64,000 bases of DNA from Bugula neritina (taxonomy: Eukaryota; Animalia; Bryozoa): contig OZ037773.1 of the NCBI GenBank assembly GCA_964035545.1, positions 2,013,751 to 2,077,750 of the forward strand, read 5' to 3'. Of this stretch, positions 10,201-20,000 are shown piece by piece; the first letter of the stretch is position 1, and every line of letters begins with the position of its first letter. Position numbers and translations under genes: made by a program. The notes below the pieces were generated by a model. That model did no database searches and was not told the origin of the DNA. It saw only the letters and a list, made by a program, of their open reading frames with translations.

Positions 10201-13200
10201 TCTCCATCTTTGATATACACTATCCCACCGCTGCCACCACTGTTATAGTTTTCAGATTTAGGGTTGATGTGCCACCAAGAGAGTCTATTTAACACTAGAG
10301 AAACTTCACCAGTTAAGTCGAGTAGATATCGTTATATTTAATACAAGAATACATAATAAAAATCCAGTGTACAACAGTAATGATACGCACGTCTATTTAG
10401 TTTACAGCACTATCCTCAACTGAGCTAGTAGCGCGAAGCGGCTACTATTACTTATAAAACAGCCTAGATAATTGGCTAATACATTGTTCCGGGTCAATAC
10501 GCAACCTTGCGTATTGTGTTGCTGGTAGCTCCACGAGCCACCACAATATTTAATACTTGCACTGCACTGCTAAAAAACTCACGCAAGTTTATAGTCAATA
10601 TCCCTATCATAAATTGCTAATGATTAAAATGGGTTTCTTTTTTAAAGGTACTGCAACTCTAAGGATGCCATAGTTACATGATATTTAAATCTAAATGATT
10701 GCATGGTCAATGTATTCAGTAATACAAGTCTTCTGTAATTCAGAGTCAATATGTAGTGCTATAGTTTTAAGTAAAATGGCTCAGGTAAAATGGTATAGTA
10801 AAAATAGTAGGCTACAGGCAATAATGGCACAAATAGAAAAAAAGAGGTGTAAATGGCACATTGATGTTAAATCTTTTCAAATCCCAAACTAAAAATTCCA
10901 ACCTCCAAATCCCAACCCCAACCCTTAAACTCCTAACCCCTTTACCCTAAACTCCCACCTTCACCCTCTTGTCTCCAAACGGGCCTAAACTCTCACCTTA
11001 AATCTCCAACCCCTCCCCAAACCCCAATACTTAAAATGTGCCATTTTACTTGCTGTTCTATTTGTGTCATTATTACCTGTGCCATTTTTACCGGACTGGT
11101 TCTATAGCTAGTAGTCATTTGTTACAAGTTGGTAATCAGTAGCTACTAGTGACTAGCTTGTAGTAAATAGTCTGTATAAAGGCTCCTGATGTTGGATACA
11201 AGATGGCCTCTACACACAGCTTATAGAGGTTATAAAACAGAAACACTCTGGTCCATATAATCATGTCCTTGTTGTTTTAGAACTGATGGATGGATTAAGG
11301 ATACATTTGAGCCAACAGTAAAGATGTCCACTTATCTGTTAGCTATGATTGTCTGTGATTTTGCTCAAAAGAATGGCACTACTTCTGGAGGTGTACGTTT
11401 ATTCAAATTACCAAGATTAGAGTTCATAGAGATATAAATGTATAAAACGTCGTACTTTAAAACTAATAATATACAATTTGTTTTTATGAATTTCAGGTAA
11501 CTTTCAGGGTGTGGGCCCGGAAATCTGCTATAGATCAGGTAGACTATGCCCTAGACCAAGGAATCAGAATATTAGAATATTTTGAAGAGTTCTTCAATGA
11601 AACCTATCCACTGAAAAAACAGGGTGAGACATTTATGTGGAAATTAAACACTCTCTCTCACAGTTTCTGATATAATTCTATTCTATAGCTAGATTAGTAT
11701 AGTCTGTAAAGCAGTGACAAAGCTTGACTGTTCTTGCGAGCTTACAGATACATCCATGAGGATCAAAGAATTACTTACAGGGGCAGATAACAAAGGCTTC
11801 AGCCTGTTATTTCTCAATATTTGACAGCATCAATATACTATAATGCAAGTTTATCTTTTCTACATCCGATGATGGTTTTATTAAATTTTGCATTTTCCGT
11901 TGTCTCTAGACTTGAGATAAAACTCAGTAGTTGAGCTTAATTAACAGGCTGAATAGCTCAGAATGACCAGGTTGAAACTTTGATGGTTTTCCATAGATCC
12001 AACTGGCCTTGATTAATATATTGGAAATCAGTAAAAGTTCACTTGAATGTGCAAAGTGAGCTTCTTGCTTCAGCTTTTTTATGGCTACAGTTTATTGTTC
12101 TATAATTAGCATTATAACTTGCAACAGATAATTAGTTTAATTTTCCTGTTAACTTGGGACTCAGTAACAAGCTCTGTTGCTTTGAAATAAAAGCTACCAT
12201 CTCTATTATCGTGAGATTTCAGTAACCCTGATGTTATCTCATATCCATTATCGAAGTTATTACTCAAGTCAAGACCTAGTGACGGCAAATTACCAGAATT
12301 TTCTATGCTTTTTTTCATGTTATACTGGGTTCAATTTGCAATTTCTATAGTGTTTCACATGTGCTAGAAGTATTGTGATGCCATAACTCCAATTAATTTA
12401 GTCACAGCAGAACAATAACCTTACAATATTGTTATATTATATATCATGTTTTTGGTTCTATAGTAATAATATTATATTGTAGATATGATTGCTATTCCCG
12501 ACTTTGCTGCTGGGGCCATGGAGAACTGGGGTTTAATAACATACAGAGAAACCTTTATGCTGTATGACCCTAATAATTCTGATGCTTCCAACAAGTTTTG
12601 GATTGCTGCAGTGATATGTCATGAGCTTGGACATCAAGTAAAGTATTTTTAGTATTATACTAACCTACTGGAATATATTGTACTTTTTAATTCAACAAAC
12701 TCTTTATTAATTTTTAAAGTGGTTTGGCAATCTAACTACACTCACAGCAATGTTGGAGCATTTATTTACTTTCTGCTGCTTTTGTTATTTCTACTCATAC
12801 TTTATAACATATAATATAATCACTAGAAGTAGAGGCATTTGATTTTATTTTGCTGACATAATTTTAGTGGTTCGGCAACCTGGTGACTCCTTTATGGTGG
12901 GATGACTTGTGGCTGAACGAAGGGTTTGCTAGATATCTAGAGTACATCGGAGTGAACTTCACGGAGCCTGATTGGCAGATGGTATGATTGTATCTAACTG
13001 ACATGTAAGGTTACTGACTGAGATGGTGCACTTTTTTCTATTTGTTACTTTATGAACTTTCTAGATGGATCAGACTGTGAACAGAGATGCTCATGTTACT
13101 CTCAAGTCTGACAGCCTTGCAGCTTCGCACCCCATCTACGTTCCAGTAGAACATCCTAATGACGTTCTTCAGATATTTGATAGCATATCCTACAGCAAGG

Positions 13201-16200
13201 TAGAGAGTTATAAAATTTACCATATTTCATTGTTGGTTTGGGTTGTTGGAGGAGCATTTTAGAGGTGATTTATGAATAGCAACTGACTCGTGTAGTTATG
13301 CTGTTGTTCTGCAGGGAGCGTCAATACTAAGAATGATGAGGTATTTCTTGGGTGACCATGTATTCCAAGCAGCTTTATCTGTAAGTCATTTCAACCAAAG
13401 GTAATAGTAACAGTTTGTCACAAATCATATCAGTACAAGTAATTTCTGTGTTCAGTGTATTGTGTGTAGCAATAATCTAATTCGTAGAACTACATTGACA
13501 AAAGAGCTTTTGATAGCGCCAGCCATGATGATCTCTGGGAAGCCATGCAAATAGAGGCAGACAAACAAGGTCTGACAAACAGAGAAGGTCAAAAAATAAA
13601 TGTCAAGGCGATTCTAGACACCTGGATTTTACAAATGGGTTACCCTCTACTCGACGTCACTGTAAGCTGTATACACTCACTACTATTGGTTGTATATATA
13701 CAACTATATAGTGTTACAACAGCTCTAATGGGTTTCATAATATTCACAGATCGAGCCTGTTGTGGGAAGCAAGCAGCCAATAAGAATCACACAGAAGCAC
13801 TTCTTACTTGATGATTCACAAGAGCCAGACCCCAGATACCCCAGTCCTTACCAGTGAGTTTCTATTACTGAATCATTGTCTTCATTTGACTCGCACCTAC
13901 CTGTAGAATTTCAGCATCATTTGCAAAAACAAAACGTGTGTTTAGGTACAATTTTTGTGTTCCAAAATGGTAGCCATAATTTTACAGATACACATGGGAT
14001 GTTCCATTCAGTTTTGTTACAAGTAAATTACCAGACTTTGATGTTGATGAAACTTCTGTTGACTGGTTCTACAGGACTGAAGATTTTAGTAAGTTAATTC
14101 AGCCTGAGTTCACTCTTTCTGTAATTATCGATAATGCAACAGAACTAACATAAGCTTTTTTATGATAAAACTTCATATGTTATGCTTTATACTCAATATT
14201 TTTGTCCAATACAAGTTCTGTGATTACTACATTGTAGAGAGCATAGAAATAGATGCTGATTCTGATTGGCTGATCATAAACCCAAAACAATATGGTTTCT
14301 ACAGAGTAAATTATCCAGAATCTTTGTGGCAGAAACTAATTGATCAACAGAATGCAGATCATACTGTAAGTTGAAGTCATATGAATGAGTGTGTCTAGTT
14401 GCTATATTGATATACTACAGTGTGACTGATTGAGATAATATTGCAATACGACAGCAAGTGATTGTTATGTTGCCTGTTTAATTTTTTTCTGTTCATAGGT
14501 TATTGACCCATTGAATAGAGCCCAAATTATAGATGATGCTTTCAATATTGCACTGTAAGTAAATAACACATAGTTTTAGTTACATATGTTCATCGTTTCT
14601 ATTATGACTTATCTCATAATTTCAACTGTCGAGAGATGATATACTTGCGTGTTGGTGTTCCAGGGCTGGTAAACTGAATATTAAGTTTGCAATGGAGTTG
14701 ACTAAATATCTATCTAAAGAAGAAGACTACTTTCCATGGGATGCAGCCATTACCAGTCTGAGTTACGTTTCTTCAGCTCTGGAGAGAACTGAAGCTTACG
14801 GAAACTTCAAGGTGCTTCATAAGGATCCAATGAGATAATACAGTAGTATGGCATTACTGTAAAATACACACACACCCACGCACGCACGCACGCACGCACG
14901 TACGCACGCACGCATGCACGTACGCTCACACACATCATTGCTAGATATTACTGTTTTACTATTATATTACACTGATTAATGCTGTATTGTTATTTTTCTA
15001 GAAATACTACTCCTCCCTGATAAAGCCCTATTACAATAAGTTCAACAGTAACTGGCAGTTCAACAGTCTAGAACCAATAAACACTCAGTGAGTTTTTTAT
15101 CTGTTAGCGTTTCTGTTTTGAAGCTATGAGAACTCATTCATGATTTTACCTTTTTACATTTAATTTTTACTGAGTAGTTAATTATTAGTTTATTTTCCCT
15201 GTATTGTCAACATGTTCACAAGCAGATGGTAGCTTCTATCTCTATGAGACGCGAAAAGGGCTTTTCTAAGGAACTGAGGACTTTTTGGAACTATCGATAT
15301 TATTAATTATTTTGTCATTTTTATTTACGTTATTTAGCTTTGTCCCAAGAAATATTTGTATGAACACTTCTATATTAGAAAATGCTTTAGTTAGCCCAGT
15401 ATCTGTGTTTACTTTGTAGGTATAGGCAGTCTTCTGCCATCTCCCTCGCCTGTTCCTACAACGTTGGAGATTGTAGATCTCGGGCTGTAGAATTGTTTAA
15501 GAGTTGGATGAATGAGTCATCATCAGGGTGAGTCATAGACTAGAAGAACATACAGTAATAAAGACTGTGAAACAGACTATAATAACAGACAATAAGGACT
15601 GTGAAACAGACTATATCATAAAATTTAAAATCAACTACACTAATGGGCAATAACAATAATATTCATTAGAAAAAACAGTGAACCAGGCTATCAGAAAACA
15701 GTATGATTACAAAACTTCACAATATAGTTTGTAAAATGCATTATTGTTGTCTAATTTATAGTGTGAAACTGATTATGAAACACAGTATAGATTACAAAGC
15801 ATGCTATAAGCTGATATGGTTTTTTTGCAGTTTTATTCACCCGAATGTAAGGAGCACAGTCTACTGTTATGGAGTAGATAAATTTGGAGTTGTAGCCTGG
15901 GACTACGTCTATCAAAGGTTTAAAACAGAAAATGTGGCAGGTGAAGCGGTGAAGTTGCTACAATCTTTAGGATGTACTGATGAGACATGGCTGTTACAGA
16001 GGTGTGTATATATACATATGTAGCTACAGTGTATACACATATGTAGCTAGTATGTATGCACATTTAGCTACTGTGTATACATATGTACCTTCGAAGCAAT
16101 GAGTCTTCGGAATATTGACTAGTCACCTTTTGTAATAACTTGATACATAATTTAGAAACTTCCATGAATCGTAAAATTGACACTATTTATAACCAGTGTA

Positions 16201-17369
16201 CAATAAACTATGACTAAAAATTGTGTCAACAAGTATTGCTTAATGATAGGTTGTCTTAAAAATGCATGTCATGCTAAGTACCAAAAGTGTATGTATGTAT
16301 ATGCAGGCTAATGTCAGATAAAGATGGTATATGTAATACATTATGGTAGAGCAAAATTGTTTTGTGACATTTATACACGTAGATGCACAGTGCATGTGGG
16401 TAGCTACAGTGTGCAAATGTGTAGATACAATGTCTACATGGATAGTTACAGGGTTTACCAAAAGAGTATATATGTGTAGATACAATGTCTACATGGATAG
16501 ATACACGGTTTACCAAAAGAGTATACATGTGTAGCTACAGTGTACACATGCTCAGGTACAGTGTGAGCATGTATAGACACAGTGTATACATATGTAGTTA
16601 CAGTAAGATTTCTGTTGTAGACTGTTAGACTATTCAGTGGATGAAGATAAAATCAGAAAACAAGATTCTTATATAGCTATAAGGGCTGTAACTAATAACA
16701 ATATTGGGAGATTCCTCGCATGGGATTGGTTGAGAGCTAACTGGTTCGACATTAAAGCTAAGTAAGTAGTAAAAATTTACTACCATGTGGACCTTCTTGA
16801 GTGACATTAGCTGCACGTCCTCAAGTAGATGTGGTTATAAATCATCCAACGACACCAGTTATTATTTGCAACAACAATTCATGATTCAAATTTATATTGC
16901 TTAATTTATATCAGCTGTAGCAATTAGGCATTAGAGTTTATTATGCAAATCCTTCATTTGTTTTTGCATTATGGCAAAATATTTCAGTATAATAAACAAT
17001 GGTGATTACAGGTTCGGCGTTGGTGTCACACTATTTGGTCAAGTCATTTCCTCTGCAATCCCGTCTCTGTTTACAGAGTTTGAACTGCATCAGGTATGTC
17101 ACATTTTTTTCAGTTGCCAGCCAATTGAAAGCTTTCCAAGTATATGTACTCATTATCCTTTTTTATTTTTACTATATTTCTATATTTCATCACTTGTTTT
17201 CTGTGTTCTCTTGTTTTAGATAGAAAAGTTCATCAGTGAAACCGGGGATCTGGGAACTGCCTCGAGAGAGTTCGCGAAAGTGGCTGACCAAACTCGGAGT
17301 AATATTTTGTATTTAGAAAGGAATCAGCTTGATTTAATGCAGTGGCTAGAGGACTCGTTAGGCCTGTAA
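1242..17369 (+). CDS. ANPEP: M1 family aminopeptidase N-like, type II membrane protein, copy A (about 24 coding exons)
   Basis: GT-AG exons joined by eye in one open frame: 1242-1445 (TM anchor), 1576-1657, 1829-1953 (Thr-rich stalk), 2037-2238 (RLP), 2400-2604, 2763-2918 ([11 protein letters not shown]), 11281-11392 (KMSTYLLA), 11497-11623, 12483-12637 ([13 protein letters not shown]), 12868-12981 (WFGN..NEGFA), 13065-13199 (FDSISYSK), 13315-13380, 13488-13661, 13750-13853, 13988-14088, 14238-14365, 14499-14554, 14664-14811, 15002-15087, 15420-15527, 15831-16001, 16621-16761, 17012-17093, 17220-17369. HEXXH-X18-E is intact. AATAAA at 17438. The symbol denotes family likeness, not proven orthology. 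Confidence 0.92.
2974..3021 (+). pseudogene. Truncated relic of alternative exon 6b in copy A
   Basis: After TAG acceptor reads [15 protein letters not shown]-stop, homologous to [15 protein letters not shown] in copies B and B'. The short upstream intron with CACTAAC is shared. Confidence 0.8.
3100..3404 (-). repeat. 3' LTR of gypsy element 1
   Basis: Direct repeat of 10241-10545, adjacent to the PPT. Confidence 0.96.
3677..4750 (-). CDS. Retroelement ORF3: 357-aa protein with acidic N-terminus, C2H2-type zinc fingers and C-terminal coiled coil
   Basis: ATG lies 17 nt after the pol stop on the same strand, inside the LTRs. Motifs [21 protein letters not shown] and [23 protein letters not shown]-terminal heptad-like [18 protein letters not shown]. 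No signal peptide or TM segment, so not env. Confidence 0.85.
   Translation of the reverse strand: METGSMPVDSELIQQIESELLGTTFHVNDDEDTVMADGLLDLELDTVLGQSTHDSSVPRVHSKSSDSQASNSRQSLELGCKDPPRSNTNSTFVDTLAPVSPGMPSLEMAWDSEPAPTTSTTRKLPPQLEATSNWITPATEREIRTHQGGESNRECNLCQQRFTTHRRLKVHLPQHYVTTFCPCGEYSYNRDYLLRHQRTMQCYQGHVYEVDESSYPAFLNAIKPLITDSARLSRLEQGFPSPRPIISGAADKPTQSANSPPRSPLRMPHTFPRVVLQKVDTNAYTLPPPLPSSERKRHRQPTSSRSSPWARNLREVEARAHDLEQEVYRLAPRVQAASSELKYLQESIKRMKRAARS
4768..9393 (-). CDS. pol: Pol polyprotein (protease, RT, RNase H, integrase) of gypsy element 1, probably entered by -1 frameshift from gag
   Basis: ORF 4768..9168 has LLDSG protease, YLDD RT, TDAS RNase H, HHCC/DDE integrase and GPY motifs. 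The frame stays open upstream to the slippery site at 9387-9393. Confidence 0.95.
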   Translation of the reverse strand, partial: VKLSRPADTLPPRGPQLKEYGGARRRLSVRTRRNIPPEWQVPRRTSRPAQRPSTFSLPLANRFHRLPREEEPATEMEPEGPVERPKPRRHQPRRRKPRKPRVKPPPSCQNRIAHAGGVKVQPHGESYFLPGKVAGNAVTFLLDSGCTTNLLSRRVFEALPRRDRDRVRPYAGEHGTLADGSCIPFYGIIELPGRVRDQAVQETFIIGQLEEDAILGMPFLKQHQCRIDFSKSVVLMGGRELACVDKFGRPLVGGVQVVRNCTVPGRSRATIHCRVNSNRIARLGVVESAHEKIQLASSLNRLTERGEVLVQCVNPFTEPIELPAGSMLGRFHSVQEEDVGPSLGDATEAPPRHPIQGRGAVPTHLRELYETASGGCASNRERQAMAKLLRDYGDVFSSGEHDVGLTGIVRHEIPLTAGTTPVRQPTRRLGPEKEKEVSRQVRDLLDRGLIEPAHSAWSSPVVLVRKKDGSWRFCVDYRKLNSVTIQDAYPLPRIDESLDALAGSKYFSTLDLLSGYWQVPLSPDAQEKAAFITRDGLWKWKVLPFGLTSAPATFQRLMEQVLSGLHWKTLLVYLDDVIVISPDFETHVSRLQEVFERLRGAGLKLKPSKCALLQPEVKYLGHVVGRNGVATDPEKVRAVEDWVTPQDLTGLRAFLGLVGYYRQYIPDFAGIAQPLNRLTAKGVTWQWTPVEQEAFDRLKGCLLTAPILAYPDPTLEYILDTDASDQNVGAVLSQVQEGREVVVAYYSKSLSPAERNYCTTRKELLAVIKSVKHFRPYLYGRKFRLRTDHASLIWLCRRAEPSSQVARWLEILAEFSYRIEHRPGKRHSNADGLSRRPDGGCKQCLNIERRDGGPPRCELETLAHHGASFDWDQGQLRQRVDESPEDVQNLRANPVLAGNVRELKKLQEELPGVVADIYRAKKEGRRPSEERIRPGCAEFRLYCQRWDSLRIGQDGLLTISLAASGRHPERKRVVCPTAIRRELIWDTHKQAHAGVKRVISKLRLRWYWPQMERDVRLRVKQCEICQASKHSRPPGEAGRRRLYAGRPWQVVAVDLVGPMPMTPRGNNWILVLTDHFTRWADALAIPDASAPTVARALDQHVFCYFGLPEQIHSDQGAQFQSQLMSDLCHLWGVNQSRTTPYHPQGNGVVERNNRMLGDALRSLLLGRGQEEWDTVLPQVMRAYRSTPHTSTGETPNLLMLGRETRVPDHLTYHVPEQDNSVHEYASELVERMKAAHEILRQQQWKVRHEDSDEPPLYQRGDKVWMVNYRRRRGQADKLKPKFVGPYVVVEAMPNHTYKIERSGQVSIQNESRLKPYWASPDGVGEAPPPLLEPRRQTTTRGRRRHGPEYEVVIPRKENLVREERQLLSTEACPPPPSLIPSLPETEPVPEVQTPTEGGAPSGEQEEVTTNGEVETPLEAPTSEPASVSPPLERGQRTRKPPPYLKDFICDCIRSGAHESLGENRTICWSCEPHANINFCEGGIVGGINARKANSSDLVSRKRCSAFSYADIAKGRRISQPAPTLPRTLSMDINTEFPGKPV
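9336..9393 (-). promoter_or_regulatory. -1 ribosomal frameshift signal (G_UUA_AAC plus stem-loop/pseudoknot)
   Basis: Heptamer is in the gag frame and pol is in the -1 frame. A 6-nt spacer is followed by stem GGCCCGCGG/CCGUGGGCC. Loop ACUCC can pair with downstream GGAGU. Confidence 0.75.
9342..10207 (-). CDS. gag: Gag of gypsy element 1 (apparent 1-nt frameshift near 10108)
   Basis: ORF 9342..10106 has capsid-like [17 protein letters not shown]. The first ATG after the PBS (10207) is in a different frame. Confidence 0.8.
10222..10239 (-). promoter_or_regulatory. Primer binding site complementary to tRNA-Leu 3' end
   Basis: The plus strand reads ATCCCACCGCTGCCACCA, matching the eukaryotic tRNA-Leu 3' end, 1 nt from the 5' LTR. 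Confidence 0.85.
10241..10545 (-). repeat. 5' LTR of gypsy element 1
   Basis: Direct repeat of 3100-3404, followed by TSD ATAT. Confidence 0.96.
10770..11095. mobile_element. MITE/foldback-like element with degenerate inverted arms and a CCCTAA/CCCAAA-rich centre
   Basis: Left arm ...AATAATGGCACAAATAGAA..GTAAATGGCACATT is inverted in the right arm AATGTGCCATTTTAC..TTCTATTTGTGTCATTATT. C-rich core 10880-11030. Confidence 0.55.
14865..14935. repeat. (CA)n/(CACG)n microsatellite
   Basis: Direct reading. Confidence 0.9.
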
Positions 17370-18339
17370 TTCTACAGGCAGCATATGTATGACATTCATC
17401 ATGCTGCCTTGTTTTTATATTTCTCAGTACTTTCTAGAATAAACATGACTGTCTCTGTGTGAGTCATTGCTTGCATATCAACTCCGTCACTGCTTCTTCC
17501 AGTTAATCTTTGCTCAACTGTTTTCTTAAAACCTTCTTGTGGGTTAATGCGAGACTCACAAACGAGTTGTCTTTATTCCAAGTTATTTTACATACTTTTG
17601 TGTTAAAGAAAATAGACTGACTACACCAATCCTGTAATAATATTATTTCATTGGATAGCATGAATTATAATTGGTGATGCTTTATCATTATTTTACTCAA
17701 AGTTATTCACTTAAGTTAGATTATTATTTTGATATCAGTTATAAATATAATATTATAATACCATTATGATGTTGGTTACGAAAATTATAATATATTATTA
17801 CCATAATGTTAGATATAAGTGTGACATATTGTTACCATGACAACTACAGATATCAGAACTAACATCCCATTCATATCCTCATTCCAATAGATCCAATAGA
17901 TCTGAAACAGTTGAAAGTTGATGCAGTGACACTAAGTATAATCAATTTACCTAATACCAACATCAATTATAATACTAACATAAATTATAATACTACCATA
18001 AATTATAATATTATATAGTATTATAGTACTACAATAAAATTAAATGCTATTATATATAAACTCTTATGAGGTAATCACATTACTAACTGCATACTTGTTG
18101 CTAAAGGATGTGGCAGCTCAAATATGTATCTAGTATAACTTTAATATTAAAAATTAAACAAAATTAATTATTTTTTTAAATTTAAGCTGAAAAGAGTTTA
18201 AAACTTAAATGATTTTGTATTAGTTTGTCGTTGGCTTGAAATATATTTTTATCATAATTGGTAATTAAAATGTTTTACTCACCCTTTGTCTGCTAGGAGT
18301 TATTTCTCTCACTGAGTGATTGCAGAATATTGACTTATC

Positions 18340-18532
18340 TTTAATATTGGGCCACGCCTTCCATTAGAGCTGAACCTTAACAGAGACACTGAATACATAT
18401 CCAACCAATCAGCTTGCTGAGGCTGTCCTTCTAGAGGACAGAATAAAATATATAAATAATATTTCCTGCAACAAGCATTTCATTTGCTCAGCTTGAAGAA
18501 CAGCAGTTTCCATTCACAAAGCATCAGTAAGT
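18340..18532 (+). promoter_or_regulatory. Putative promoter and non-coding first exon of copy B
   Basis: CCAAT at 18405, TATAAAT at 18451, donor CA|GTAAGT at 18527. The block is near-identical at 36320-36511 upstream of B'. The first coding exon starts with AG|ATG, which requires an upstream exon. Confidence 0.7.
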
Positions 18533-18559
18533 TTGATAGCAAGTTTCTTAATGTTATAC

Positions 18560-19060
18560 ACTATATAGTTCTAATATAACGTATGTTATGTACTATATAA
18601 TTATACTATAACTATATTATGTACTATATAGTTATAATATAACTATGTTATGTAGTATCTAGTTCTAATATAACTTATGTTGTGTACTATATGATTATAC
18701 TATAACTATATTATGTACTATAATTATAGTTATATTATAACTATATTATGTACTATAATTATAGTTATATTATAACTATATTATGTACTATATAGTTATA
18801 ATATAACTATGTTATGTACTATATAGTTGTAATATAACTTATGTTGTGTACTATATGATTATACTATAACTATATTATGTACTATATAGTTATATTATAA
18901 CTATATTATGTACTATATATAGTTATAATATAACTATGTTAGTACTATATATATGTAATATAACTATCTTATACACTATATAGTTGCAATATAACCATGT
19001 TATGCACTATATAGTTTGATATAACTATTTTACACACTATATATAGTTTTAATATAATTA
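18560..19060. repeat. AT-rich ~31-bp quasi-palindromic minisatellite (ACTATATAGTTATAATATAACTATGTTATGT)
   Basis: Tandem degenerate units; a shorter version lies at 36535-36670. Confidence 0.85.
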
Positions 19061-20000
19061 TGTTGTACCCTATAAGTATATATGTAGTTCTATGTTCTAT
19101 ACTATATGTTGTACATTGTTATTATAATCATGGAACTGTAATATGTTAGTAAAAGCTAGTTAGATACAATAACATATTTGGTTATGCTGCATAACATGAT
19201 CTAGTAAAGAGTTACAATACGTACTCCTTGCAAGCTGGTAGATAGCTGAGAATTTGTATCTACCTGAACATAAATCTCAGTATTTTAAATGTTGTTAGTT
19301 ACTTTTCTATTTAATAAGATACCATATGCAACAGGTGTGACTATATAAACATTATATTACATACAGTACCAACGCTCTTACCTTGTGATATAATATCATG
19401 ACTAAAGTAGTTGTTGTGTCACCAGCAGTTTGTAAACTGGCGAGAAATTCGTACTGTTATATATACTCTTTGTATATTATAATGGCATGTAAATTGTATT
19501 ATGTCGTTTATGTGGCATAAGTATATGCATGTTTTGTTGTGTACATTACAATAACATACCAACACATACTGACGTTGAATCTCTCCTAACTATGATATAC
19601 AGTATGCTCAAATTGTTATATATTATACTCTACGGTTGCTGTATTAGACGTATTAAAAATCTCATATTATACGATTATTATTATTAATATTTATAAAAAA
19701 CAACAGATACTATGTTCTATATATTTTTTATATTATAACATATGATATAGCATAGTGCATCATATTACATATACTAGATTATATATACTAATTATATAAT
19801 ATTGTATTATACACATATTTTATTGTATAAATTTATTATATCACAACACATGGTATAATATAATATATTATATTATAGATACTACAATATAAATTCGTAA
19901 TATATTATAATATATATTGCATATAATACAGTATATATATTTATATATCACGAATTATTACATATAATAGATTGCATAAATCTAATATAATATATTGCAG

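Larger units (their letters stand above)
3100..10545 (-). mobile_element. Full-length Ty3/gypsy LTR retrotransposon with an extra 3' ORF, in intron 6 of copy A
   Basis: 305-bp LTRs 3100-3404 and 10241-10545 (TG..CA, no differences seen by eye). 4-bp TSD ATAT. PBS 10222-10239. PPT (GGAGGGGGCAG on the minus strand) at 3405-3415. Contains gag, pol (PR-RT-RH-IN) and ORF3. Confidence 0.97.
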
